A stretch of 64,000 bases of DNA from an uncultured Chloroflexia bacterium (GTDB lineage Bacteria; Chloroflexota; Chloroflexia; Thermomicrobiales; UBA6265): the NCBI GenBank assembly GCA_963751075.1, contig CAVVTE010000012.1, positions 8,149 to 72,148 on the forward strand, in the 5' to 3' direction. The notes under the pieces are model-generated. The model was not told where the DNA came from, did no database searches, and saw nothing but the letters and a program-made list of their open reading frames with translations. A program made the translations under genes and the position numbers. Positions 18,104 to 27,029 of this stretch are shown piece after piece (the stretch's first letter is position 1; the number at the start of each line of letters is the position of its first letter).

Positions 18104-18373
18104 AGGATGCGCGAAAGCGGCCCATCTTCAGCCCATCGCTGGAAGAGCGGGTGGCGGCCTGGTAATTTTGAAAATCAGGACCGTTAGGTGAGGTGATGCG
18201 AAACACTCTGAGCGCTCAAGCGTTTCAATGCATGTTGATGGTTGTTCCATATCGTGTGAGACCGTCTGAGTCGTTGCGCGGTGTGGAACGGATCATGCTG
18301 GAATGGAGCGACTGGTGAGGGGTTCCGTCGCCCCGCTCACCCCGCGCATGCCATGAGAGAAGGGGGAACCACG

Positions 18374-19108
18374 ATGCACGAGAACCAAAGCAGCCGGCGA
18401 GGGCTCCGCACCCGCGGCGTAGCCACTAGGACGGCGAAGCTCGCCTGTGGCGCGGCGCTCACCGCCGCATTGCTGGGGGCTGGGTTCGCTCAGCCGGTCG
18501 CGGCTCAAGACGATGACACAATTGTGCTGACCGCAGGTGGCTCCACGCTCACGGTCAGCCCCGGGAATGCGTCTGCGGTCTCAGCTGTGGCCGAAGCCCA
18601 CGCCTCCCCTGGCCACGCGGAAACGATCGCCGCCGGCGCGCGGGCCGTTGCCGACTGCGAAGATGGCGCGTTGGCTGAAGGCTCAGCCGCCCTCGCCGTC
18701 GCGCATCCCGACGAGGGAGCGCTCACTGAGGCGTCCCTTCCTGTTAACCTCGACGCGGCCGCGATGGTGGATGAGATCACTGCCCAGGCCCTAGCCAACA
18801 GCAACAACGATGGCGAGCCCGTCCGCAAGGTTGTCGAGAACAGGTGCCACGTGGACAAGGAAGAGAAGAAGGCTCCGCCCATCAAGGAAGAGGCTCCACC
18901 TGAAGTCGTAATCGAGGTCCCGGTGGAGGCCCCGGTGGCTCCTCCAGTACAGCAACTGCCGGACACCGGAATCGGTATGGCGGGCGCGGCTGGACTCTCT
19001 TCGCTGCTCGCTGCCGCTTCCGCGGCGGCGGCACTCGGCTCAGTGGCCCTGCGCGGCCGGCGTGAGACCGGGCAGCTTGCTCTGCAGACCAGGAGTCTTG
19101 ACGACTAA
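18374..19108 (+). CDS. surface protein with signal peptide and C-terminal LPDTG sorting signal
   Basis: GAAGGGGGA lies before the ATG at 18374. N-terminal region TAKLACGAALTAALLGAGFAQPVAAQ. C-terminus is LPDTG + hydrophobic stretch + RGRRE. Confidence 0.75.
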   Translation: MHENQSSRRGLRTRGVATRTAKLACGAALTAALLGAGFAQPVAAQDDDTIVLTAGGSTLTVSPGNASAVSAVAEAHASPGHAETIAAGARAVADCEDGALAEGSAALAVAHPDEGALTEASLPVNLDAAAMVDEITAQALANSNNDGEPVRKVVENRCHVDKEEKKAPPIKEEAPPEVVIEVPVEAPVAPPVQQLPDTGIGMAGAAGLSSLLAAASAAAALGSVALRGRRETGQLALQTRSLDD

Positions 19109-19142
19109 TCAGTTGCTCGAGGCTAATGAGAACTAGCAAGGA

Positions 19143-19171
19143 AGCGGGGCGGCCAACCTGGCCGCCCCGCT
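19143..19171 (+). terminator. GC hairpin (AGCGGGGCGGCC / GGCCGCCCCGCT) after the LPDTG gene
   Basis: Inverted repeat; a second 17-bp hairpin lies at 19184-19223. Confidence 0.5.
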
Positions 19172-19378
19172 TCATGTCCAAGATAGGAAACGCCGCTCGC
19201 AAGATTCGAGCGGCGTTTCCTATGTTCTGAGGCCCCATTCGACCGAGTTCTGGGCGCGATCCTCTATCTGTTCACGACGAATCAACCGCCTGGAACAGTT
19301 CATGCTCCTTTAACGCGCTGGGGAGCGCTGGGAGTCCACGCTATCCGCCCCGCGAATTCAGATACAGGGAGTCCCACG

Positions 19379-20206
19379 ATGCAACACGGCAAGAGCAACG
19401 AGTCACCGCTCCTGACCCGCACGGCAACGACCCGCCGCGCCGCAATCTACGGTACCGCCAAACTGGCTGCTGGCGCGGCGCTGACTATGTTCCCCGCCAG
19501 TCGCTGGGCGCAATCCGCTTGGGCTCAGGAGGATTCGGTCATCCTCATCGCCGGCAGTGGCGCGGAGGTCAGCGCCAGCCCTGGATCTGCCGCGGCACGT
19601 GGTGCCGCCGCCGAGGCGGTTGCCGCTCGCGGGGCCGCACGGGTTCAGGCTGCGGCGGCGCTCGCCGAAGCCGATAGTGAAGATGGCGCCATCGCCCAGG
19701 GCGCTGCCGCCGTGGCGGCGGCAGATCCCGACGTCGGGGCCGTCGCGCAGAGTGCAGTGGCAGTTGCCTCCGCGTCCAGCGAGGATGACGCCCCGGAGGT
19801 GGCGGCCCCACAGGCAGCCCAGGCTGCCCCGCAAGCCGTTGCTCCCGCCGCTGGCGGAGGCGGAGGTGTCCGCCGGATTCGAGGCGGCGGTGGTGGCGGC
19901 CGTGCTCGCGGTGGCGGAGGTGGCGGGCGTGTTCGCGGCGGTGGAGGTGGCGGCGGTGGCCGCGGCGGTGGACGACGGGAGCGTGCCGGCATGGGCGGCG
20001 GCGGCGGGCGTGACCGAGAGCGCGGGCGCGACCGAGCCGCATCACTGCCATCGGCTGGAATCGGCCTGGAGAAACCGAGTCCTTTGACGTCGTTCCTGGC
20101 GACGGCTTCGGCCGCCGCGGCCGCGGGTGCGGCGTTCTTGCGCTTCCGTGGTGAAACCGCTCAGCCGGCGGAAGCCGTCATTCCTGTCGAAGACCGATCC
20201 GTTTGA
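19379..20206 (+). CDS. paralogous surface protein with a Gly/Arg (RGG-like) tract and C-terminal LPSAG sorting-like signal
   Basis: N-terminal region TAKLAAGAALTMFPASRWAQSAWAQ resembles the preceding gene. Contains GGGGGVRRIRGGGGGGRARGGGGGGRVRGGGGGGGGRGGGRRER. C-terminus is LPSAG + hydrophobic stretch + RFRGE. Confidence 0.65.
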   Translation: MQHGKSNESPLLTRTATTRRAAIYGTAKLAAGAALTMFPASRWAQSAWAQEDSVILIAGSGAEVSASPGSAAARGAAAEAVAARGAARVQAAAALAEADSEDGAIAQGAAAVAAADPDVGAVAQSAVAVASASSEDDAPEVAAPQAAQAAPQAVAPAAGGGGGVRRIRGGGGGGRARGGGGGGRVRGGGGGGGGRGGGRRERAGMGGGGGRDRERGRDRAASLPSAGIGLEKPSPLTSFLATASAAAAAGAAFLRFRGETAQPAEAVIPVEDRSV

Positions 20207-20350
20207 CCGTAGGCTGGCCGTTGTGCCAGCGCCGAGCGTAACCAGTATCCGAGAATGCGGGACCTGATGTGACCGGGTCCCGCACTCTCGGCTGTATCCT
20301 ACGCACGAGTCGCAATCGCGACTTTCCGGGACCCGGATCACTATTACGTA

Positions 20351-20584
20351 AGGCGTGCCTTCATGCCGATGCCACGAGGCCCGCGTCATCTGACTGAAGC
20401 GGACAGGTGAGGCGTGATTCATGCCGATGCCACGAGGCCCGCGACACGTGACTTGGAGCGAACCGGTGAGGCGTAGCTCATGCTGGTGCCAAGAGGCCCG
20501 CGTCATCTGACTGGAGCGAACCGGTGAGGCGTGGCTCATGCCGATGCCACGCGGCCCGCGTCAACTGATTGGAGCGGACAGGTA
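20351..20584. repeat. 4 x 58-59-nt imperfect tandem array (intergenic)
   Basis: Anchor CATGC(C/T)G(A/G)TGCC occurs at 20362, 20420, 20479 and 20537 (CATGCCGATGCC in units 1, 2 and 4; CATGCTGGTGCC in unit 3). Units abut with no unique spacers. Confidence 0.85.
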
Positions 20585-20630
20585 GGGATGGGTTGCGATT
20601 CACCGACGGGACCACAGATGCGACGACCCG

Positions 20631-21617
20631 GTGCACGGGACTAACAGTGGGCCCGGGTGGGGCCGCCGCATCACTCTGGAGCGAATCGAGGCAGCGGCGG
20701 CTGGCATCGATCCTGTCTTCCTGAATACCCCGCAATGGATCTGCGAGTCGCTCGGTGAGGAGCTGGGCGCTCGTGTTGCGCTGAAAGCTGAGACGCTCAA
20801 TCCGATTCGTTCCTTCAAAGGACGGGGCGCGGATTGGCTCGTGCAGCATCTGCCACCCCGGGCCTCGCTGATGTGCGCCTCTGCCGGCAACTTCGGTCAG
20901 GCAATGGCCTACGCCTGCCGGGCGCGAGGTGTGCCGCTGGCGGTCTACGCGGCGGAGACCGCGAACCCGTTGAAGATCGCGCGCATGCGGTCCCTGGGTG
21001 CACGGGTCGTGCTCGCCGGTGAAGATTTTGACGCCGCCAAGGCGCTGGCGCGCGAGGAAGCGGCGCGAGAAGGGATTCGCTTCGTCGAGGACAGCCGAGA
21101 TCCCGAGCCAACGGAGGGTGCGGGCACGATCGGCCTGGAATGGCTCAGGTTCCCGGAGCGGCTGGATGCCCTCCTCATCCCGCTCGGCAACGGGGCGATG
21201 CTGGCCGGGATCGCCACGGTGATCAAAGCGCGTCTGCCCGGGACTCGCGTCGTCGCGGTTGGAGCTGCCGGCGCGCCGGCGATGGTCGAGTCACTTCAGT
21301 CGGGACGTCTCGTCACCCACGACGGCATCGACACCATCGCGGACGGTATTGGGGTGCGGATCCCGGTGCCGGAAGCTCTGGAGGATCTGCGCGATCTGGT
21401 CGACGACCTTCTCCTGGTGCCGGATGATTGCATCGTCGACGCCATGCGTCTCTTGCACAGGCACGCTGGGGTCGTGGCCGAGCCATCGGGCGCCGCCGGT
21501 CTTGCTGGTGTGCTGCAGGAGCCTGAGCGCTTCTCGGGAATGACTGTTGGTACGGTGATCTGCGGCAGTAACCTCACCCCGGCGCAGATGCGAGAGTGGC
21601 TCGACGAGCCATCGTGA
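20631..21617 (+). CDS. PLP-dependent threonine/serine dehydratase-family enzyme (Trp-synthase beta fold)
   Basis: NPIRSFKGRGADWLV contains the PLP lysine. Also has SAGNFGQAMAYAC and a C-terminal GGN-type loop. The start codon is uncertain. Confidence 0.7.
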   Translation: MHGTNSGPGWGRRITLERIEAAAAGIDPVFLNTPQWICESLGEELGARVALKAETLNPIRSFKGRGADWLVQHLPPRASLMCASAGNFGQAMAYACRARGVPLAVYAAETANPLKIARMRSLGARVVLAGEDFDAAKALAREEAAREGIRFVEDSRDPEPTEGAGTIGLEWLRFPERLDALLIPLGNGAMLAGIATVIKARLPGTRVVAVGAAGAPAMVESLQSGRLVTHDGIDTIADGIGVRIPVPEALEDLRDLVDDLLLVPDDCIVDAMRLLHRHAGVVAEPSGAAGLAGVLQEPERFSGMTVGTVICGSNLTPAQMREWLDEPS

Positions 21618-21720
21618 CCCGGAAGCGTCCCACGCGTAGCGGTTTCGACGCGTTCGCTATAGACGAGCCATCGTGACCCGTTAGCGTCCCGCGCGTAGCG
21701 GTTTCGACGCGTTCGGTATA
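21603..21720. repeat. 2 x 59-nt tandem duplication that includes the last 4 codons and the stop (GACGAGCCATCGTGA) of the dehydratase gene
   Basis: GACGAGCCATCGTGACCCG occurs at 21603 and 21662. Confidence 0.85.
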
Positions 21721-21733
21721 GGGGGAGAGGATC

Positions 21734-22675
21734 GTGCTCGCGTTGCATGGCGTGGCCAACATCAACGGCGAATTCGTCCCCGCGCAGGAAGCGAGCGTCT
21801 CGATCTTCGACAGCGGCTTCATCGGTGGCGTGTCGGTGTTTGATACGCTGGCGTGCTCGATCTTCGATGAGTGGCGTCATTGGTGACGTCTCGGTGTTTG
21901 ATACGCTGGCTTGCTGGGAAGGTAGGCTATTCAAGCTTCCTCAACATCGGGCCCGCTTCGAGCGCTCGGCGCACGCGGCAATGATTCCGCTCCGCTGCGC
22001 AGGCGCAGAGTTGGAAGCTCTCATCGTGGAGACGACCTGCCGCGCGGGATTGCGCAACGCATACGTGCAGGCTATCGCCACCCGCGGCCGGCGCCCGTCC
22101 CCGTCCATGCCGTCGCACGAGCCGACCCTCATCGTCTACGCCATTCCCTACCTTAGTCTCTGGCCGGAGGAGAAGGCGGACACGGGGATCAGCCTCGTGA
22201 TCCCTTCGATCCGGCAGTGGCCCGCCGCCGTCGTCGACGCCAAGATAAAGAATTTCAACCGGATGCATACCCATCTAGCGCGGCTGGAGGCGGACCTCGC
22301 GCACGCGGACGATGTGGTGCTGCTCGATGACCGGGGACTGCTGACCGAGAGCCGCGGGGCGAACGTCTTTCTCGTGCGCGGCGGCGCGCTCTTCACCCCG
22401 CGAGGCGGCATCCTGGAGGAATCACCCGGGAGACCGTCTTCGAGATCGCCGCCGAGTTGGGCATCTCTGCCGAGGAGCGCGATCTCACCCCCTACGATCT
22501 CTACACTGCCGAGGAAGCTTTCCTCTGTAGCACCGCTGGGGGGATTTTCCCCGTAGTGGAAGTTGATGGTCGACGTGTTGGCAGTGGTCTTCTCGGGCCG
22601 GTGACCACCACGATCCGGAATCGCTACTGGGAGCGTCACTTGAGCGGTCCGGATGTGACGTGGGTGCTGCCCTGA
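21734..22675 (+). pseudogene. class IV (branched-chain/D-amino-acid) aminotransferase-like gene disrupted by an internal 57/58-nt tandem duplication and a second frameshift near 22420
   Basis: GTG at 21734 follows GGGGGAGAGG. The sequence reads ...SIFDSGFIGGVSVFDTLAC then SIFDE..VIGDVSVFDTLACWEGRLFKL. The middle part is ORF 21747..22556. The C-terminus GISAEERDLTPYDLYTAEEAFLCSTAGGIFPVVEVDGR is ORF 22457..22675. Confidence 0.7.
21800..21914. repeat. 57 + 58-nt tandem duplication inside the aminotransferase coding sequence
   Basis: TCGATCTTCGA occurs at 21800 and 21857. Confidence 0.85.
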
Positions 22676-22765
22676 CGCCAAGAGTGCCCATGAGAAGCAG
22701 ATCACGGACCGGGCTGTGGGCGTACTCATCAGTTCACGGTGCACAGGATAGGGGGCCCTTGCCGG

Positions 22766-23814
22766 ATGTCGAAGATCTTTTCAGACGCTGATGCTCAAGT
22801 GAGCCAGCGGATCGGGGTTGCGGATCTGCACAGCGATCTGCCGTTGGGATTGCTCAAGCGGCGGTTCGATGGGCAGAACGGGTCCCTGCGCACCGAGTGG
22901 CTACCACGACTGCGCGCCGGCGGTGTTCGCGTCGTCGTCTGTGCTGTCTACATCGACTCGATCTTTCTGCCCGAGGGCGCGCTGCGCCGCGCGGTGCAGC
23001 TCGTCGATGCGTTACTCGAAGAGATCGCGACCTGCGCCGATGAGATCGAGCTGGCGGTGTCTGGCCCCGACGTCGAGCGCATTACCGGCCAAGGGAAGAT
23101 CGCGGCAATCCTGGCGTTGGAGGGAGCGGAGCCGCTCGGCCAGGATCTCTCCGCACTGCGGCTGTTCTACCGCCTCGGCATGCGGATGCTTTCGTTCGCC
23201 TGGATGCGGCGGACCGCGTTCGGCGACGGCGCATGGGAAAACGACTCGCGCGGCGGGCTTACCCGTCTCGGGCGGGACGCGGTGCGCGAGATGAACCGGC
23301 TGGGGATCATCATGGATGTCTCCCACGCATCGGATCAGACCACCTGGGACATCCTGGAGACATCGTCGCGGCCGGTGATCGCCAGCCATTCGAACGCCCG
23401 AGCCCTCCAGGTCCATCCACGCAATCTCACCGACGAGATGATCGAGGCGATCGCCGCTTCGGGCGGTCTCGTCGGCGTCGTGGCCGTCGCTGGCTACATC
23501 TCCGATACCGAGCCGACCATCGCGCGGTGGGCTGACCATGTCGATCACATCGTTGAGCTGGCCGGCATCGATCACGTGGGAATCGGCTGTGACTTCTATG
23601 ACGAGATCATGGCTATGGGCGCCTCGCAGGAGATTCCCGGCATGGAATCCCGGCGGCGGGCTCGGCCAACTCTCCTTCGCGGGGATGCGAACCTGGGAAG
23701 ACTTGCCCGGTCTCACCGCGGAGTTGCTCCGGCGCGGCTACACCGAAGCAGATCTACTGCAAGATCTACCGTGAGAACTTCTCCCGGGTGATGGGTGCCG
23801 TGCTAGACGCATGA
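22766..23814 (+). pseudogene. membrane (renal-type, M19) dipeptidase with two apparent frameshifts in the C-terminal part (~23640 and ~23760)
   Basis: VADLHSDLPLGLLKRR, DVSHASDQT and GIGCDFY are typical M19 blocks. The C-terminus continues in ORF 23538..23774 (WNPGGGLGQLSFAGMRTWEDLPGLTAELLRRGYTEADLL), then KIYRENFSRVMGAVLDA* in a third frame. Confidence 0.7.
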
Positions 23815-23855
23815 CGCGTGGCAGTCGCCCGCCCGCAAAAGCGACGTATTCCTGG

Positions 23856-23884
23856 TTGACACAAAAGAACACATGTTCTATAAT
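23856..23884 (+). promoter_or_regulatory. perfect sigma-70 consensus promoter TTGACA-N17-TATAAT
   Basis: TTGACA at 23856-23861, a 17-nt spacer, and TATAAT at 23879-23884. Confidence 0.7.
23866..23879. promoter_or_regulatory. inverted repeat AGAAC-ACAT-GTTCT in the promoter spacer (GAAC-N4-GTTC, LexA/Cheo-box-like operator)
   Basis: Read directly from the sequence. GAAC-N4-GTTC is the Gram-positive-type SOS box core. Which protein binds it is unknown. Confidence 0.4.
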
Positions 23885-23886
23885 GT

Positions 23887-23937
23887 ACGTACGGGGCCGC
23901 GATCAGAAAATGATGATCGCGGCCCCGTACGTTTTAT
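23887..23937 (+). terminator. perfect 18-bp hairpin + TTTTAT beginning 3 nt after the -10 box
   Basis: ACGTACGGGGCCGCGATC (23887-23904) pairs with GATCGCGGCCCCGTACGT (23915-23932), followed by a T-run. Confidence 0.6.
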
Positions 23938-24077
23938 GGCTTCACGGGTCGTTATCCACTTGGCCGTCGCGATGAGGGACGCTGGCGGTCGGCGTGGCGA
24001 AAAGGGTCGCGCTGTTCTGAGACCTGGCACACCTGAATGCCAGGGCCGGCGGTAATCGCCAACGAACAAGGAGAGGC

Positions 24078-25028
24078 GTGAAGATGGAGCTCGCTATCGA
24101 TGCCACGGGGATAGAGCGTCGTTTCGGCTCGGCCGTGGCCGTGGACGGTGTCGATCTTGCGGTCAGACGCGGCGAGATCTACGGGTTCCTCGGTCCAAAC
24201 GGCGCTGGAAAGTCGACGACCACCCGCATGCTCTGCACCTTGACCGCCCTGAATGGGGGGCGGGCGACGGTCGCCGGGTATGACGTGACACGGCAACCGG
24301 GGCAGGTCCGGCTGCGGATCGGCGCGGCGCTGCAATCGGCGGCGCTCGATATTCAGCAGACCGGCGTCGAATTGCTTCGCCAGCAAGGCCGCTATTACGG
24401 CCTCTCCCGAAGCGATATCGAGAGCCGCCTGACAGAATTGCGAGATCTGGTCGACATCGGCGATGCGCTCGATCAGCGGATCAAGTCGTACTCCGGCGGC
24501 ATGAAGCGACGGGTCGATCTGGCCGCGGCACTGATCCACAATCCGGAAGTGCTGTTTCTCGACGAGCCGACGACGGGTCTCGACCCCGCGGCCCGCGCCA
24601 AGGTCTGGGATGAGGTCAAGCGGCTGAACAGCATTCTCGGGATGACGATTTTCCTGACCACACAATACCTGGAGGAGGCAGATGCCCTGGCCGACCGGGT
24701 CGGGATCATCGATCGCGGTCGGATCATCGCCGAGGGTACCCCGGCCGAATTGAAGCGCTCGATCGGCGCCGACGTAGTCACGGTCCGTGTGGACGACGTG
24801 ACACTCGCCGCGTCGACCATCGCGGCGCTTCCCGGTGTCGACAGCGTCGAGGTCCGCGGCGATGAAATCCTCGCCGCCACCGCCGACGGCCCGGGGACCG
24901 TCTCGCCGATTGCCGTTGCCCTCGCCGGGGACGGAGTGCGCGTGCGCTCGCTCACCCTGCGCGAGCCGAGCCTCGACGACGTCTTTCTCACCCTGACCGG
25001 ACAGCACCTGGAAGGAGAAGCCGCGTGA
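24078..25028 (+). CDS. ABC transporter ATP-binding protein (ABC-2/DrrA-type exporter)
   Basis: Walker A is GPNGAGKSTT, signature is YSGGMKRR, Walker B is LFLDEPTTGLD. AAGGAGAGG lies upstream. Confidence 0.85.
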   Translation: MKMELAIDATGIERRFGSAVAVDGVDLAVRRGEIYGFLGPNGAGKSTTTRMLCTLTALNGGRATVAGYDVTRQPGQVRLRIGAALQSAALDIQQTGVELLRQQGRYYGLSRSDIESRLTELRDLVDIGDALDQRIKSYSGGMKRRVDLAAALIHNPEVLFLDEPTTGLDPAARAKVWDEVKRLNSILGMTIFLTTQYLEEADALADRVGIIDRGRIIAEGTPAELKRSIGADVVTVRVDDVTLAASTIAALPGVDSVEVRGDEILAATADGPGTVSPIAVALAGDGVRVRSLTLREPSLDDVFLTLTGQHLEGEAA

Positions 25029-25894
25029 GTGCACTGCAAACCCCGACCAGACCCCAAGAATCAGGGTTTGGCGTCAGTGAATGGGAATCGGCTCGGGTAG
25101 TTCGTCCCGTCGGGACGATCGAGGCCCGGCCTGCCGGATTCTGGGCCGACTTGTGGTCGGTGGCGATTCGCTCGCTACGGGCATTGCCGCGGGAGCCGGA
25201 GCTGTTGATCCCGTCGCTGATATTTCCGATCTTTTTCTTCGTGGTGAATATCGGGACGTTGCAGGACTTTACGCAACGTGGCATCCCGGGTCTCGACTAC
25301 CGGGCCTTTCAGCTCCCGAGCGCGATCGTGTTTGCCGTCACTGGCGTCTCGCGCGCTCATGCCGTCGTGACCGACATCCAGTCGGGCTATTTCGATCGCA
25401 TGTTGATGACTCCCGTGCGGCGGCTGCCGTTGTTGGTGGGGATGATGGCGGCCGATTTCGTCCAGATCATCATGCTCGCCATTCCGGTTGTCCTGCTCGG
25501 AGCGATTGTCGGCGTGCGTTTCGAAACAGGGCTGCTCGGGCTGCTGCTCTTCTTGCTGATATCTGGCTGCTGGGGGCTCGCGTTCACCGGCTTCTCGTAT
25601 GCGATCGCGCTCAAGACGGCGTCGGCCGGGATGGTCAACGCCAGCTTCATCCTGTTCCTGCCGTTTGCCTTCCTCACCACGGCGACGCTGCCCCTGGAGG
25701 CGCTGACCGGGTGGATGGCGATGGTTGCTCGATTCAACCCGATGACCTATCTGCTTGCCGCGCTGCGCTCCCTTCTTTACGGTGGCTGGCAACCGGCCCT
25801 GCTCCTGCAAGGGGCGGCAGCGATCCTGCTCGTCGGTGTCGTCAGCATTGGGCTGGCATTGGCCGCGCTACGAGGTCGCGTGAGCCGCGGCTAG
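25025..25894 (+). CDS. ABC-2 type transporter permease
   Basis: Overlaps the ATPase stop by 4 nt. Six hydrophobic segments, ABC-2 membrane-protein-like. Confidence 0.75.
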   Translation: MSALQTPTRPQESGFGVSEWESARVVRPVGTIEARPAGFWADLWSVAIRSLRALPREPELLIPSLIFPIFFFVVNIGTLQDFTQRGIPGLDYRAFQLPSAIVFAVTGVSRAHAVVTDIQSGYFDRMLMTPVRRLPLLVGMMAADFVQIIMLAIPVVLLGAIVGVRFETGLLGLLLFLLISGCWGLAFTGFSYAIALKTASAGMVNASFILFLPFAFLTTATLPLEALTGWMAMVARFNPMTYLLAALRSLLYGGWQPALLLQGAAAILLVGVVSIGLALAALRGRVSRG

Positions 25895-25962
25895 GACACC
25901 ATCAGCATTGGGCTGGCATTGGCTGCGTTGCGGGGACGCGTGAGCCGCGGCTAGGACACCAT
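25843..25962. repeat. 2 x 60-nt in-frame tandem duplication of the last 16 codons + stop + 9 nt of the permease gene
   Basis: CAGCATTGGGCTGGCATTGG occurs at 25843 and 25903. There are 5 nt differences, all synonymous; both copies encode SIGLALAALRGRVSRG*. Confidence 0.9.
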
Positions 25963-26189
25963 CGTCATCATTCCGAGCAGTAAAGGATCTCGTCTCGATG
26001 CGGACGTCGTCCGCAGCGAGGCGAGATCCTTTATCCATGCCTCACGGCTTGTAATACGGTGATTGCGGCCCTTGCCAGGTTCCCCCGCGGACCACGATAT
26101 TCTGCAACGTTGGAGCGACTGCAAGTTCAAGGATCAGACTCGTCAATCGTTGACTTGGCCGCCGTCCACGCGGGCATCTTTCCTCTACC

Positions 26190-27029
26190 ATGCGGGAGGG
26201 AGCAGTTCTGGCTGTCGAATGGGGGGAAGCAGTGACCGCCGTCCATGTTATTGGAGATATCCACGGGCAGTGCGAAAAGCTCCTCGAACTCCTGCGCGGC
26301 GCTGGTCTGATCGATGCTGGTGACGCCTGGAGCGGCGCGGACAGCACTCTCTGGTTCATGGGCGATCTGGTCGATCACGGGCCAGACGGCATCGGCGTCA
26401 TCGAGTTGGTCATGCGGTTGCAAGAGCAGGCAGCGCAAGCCGGCGGCCGCGTCCACGTTCTGATCGGCAATCATGACGTGCTGCTGCTGGCGGCGCACCG
26501 CTTTGGCAGGCGACCGATCCCTGAGTCAGATGAAACGTTTCTCGATCACTGGGAAGAGAACGGTGGCCAGGCCGGCGACCTCGAGGGCCTGACGTCCGAC
26601 CATATCGGCTGGTTGAGCAGCCTGCCGGCGATGGCGCTCCAGCGAGAGCATCTCCTGGTCCATGGCGACACGCTTCTCTACACCGACTATGGCCGCTCAA
26701 TTGACGAGGTCAATCGTGCGCTGCGGGATCTCCTGCAGAGTGATGACCCGGCGCGCTGGCATCGCTTGTTGGACAGGTTCGGAGAGCATCAGGCATTCGT
26801 GGACTCGACCACGGGGGCCGCTCGAGCAGAATCGTTCCTGGCGGTCTTTGGCGGCCAGCAGCTCGTTCACGGCCATACCCCGATCACGACCATGACCGGG
26901 CAGCCGCCGGAGGCGGTGCGGGAGCCACTCCTGTATGCCGGTGGACAGTGTCTGGACGTCGATCCCGGGATGTATCTGGGCGGCCCCGGGTTTGTCCACC
27001 ACCTGAACTCACGTGACGAAACGCGATGA
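26190..27029 (+). CDS. metallophosphoesterase (PPP-family Ser/Thr phosphatase / ApaH-PrpE-like)
   Basis: Motifs GDIHG, GDLVDHG and GNHD are present. The start is uncertain. Confidence 0.7.
   Translation: MREGAVLAVEWGEAVTAVHVIGDIHGQCEKLLELLRGAGLIDAGDAWSGADSTLWFMGDLVDHGPDGIGVIELVMRLQEQAAQAGGRVHVLIGNHDVLLLAAHRFGRRPIPESDETFLDHWEENGGQAGDLEGLTSDHIGWLSSLPAMALQREHLLVHGDTLLYTDYGRSIDEVNRALRDLLQSDDPARWHRLLDRFGEHQAFVDSTTGAARAESFLAVFGGQQLVHGHTPITTMTGQPPEAVREPLLYAGGQCLDVDPGMYLGGPGFVHHLNSRDETR

Larger units (their letters stand above)
17573..18200 (-). pseudogene. possible IS5-family transposase remnant, broken by internal ~58-nt duplications
   Basis: A minus-strand frame reads LPGRHPLFQRWAEDGPLSRILEALAQDLEARGRLDLSEC. 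From memory this resembles the F.RW...G....I...L...L...G.ID.SE segment of IS5-group transposases. No intact frame exists. Confidence 0.3.

Noticed and set aside
20351-20584. Possible CRISPR array (regular ~59-nt periodicity; also 15195-15428)
   Set aside because: The units abut directly and are all homologous to each other. There are no unique spacers between short conserved repeats, and no cas genes are nearby.
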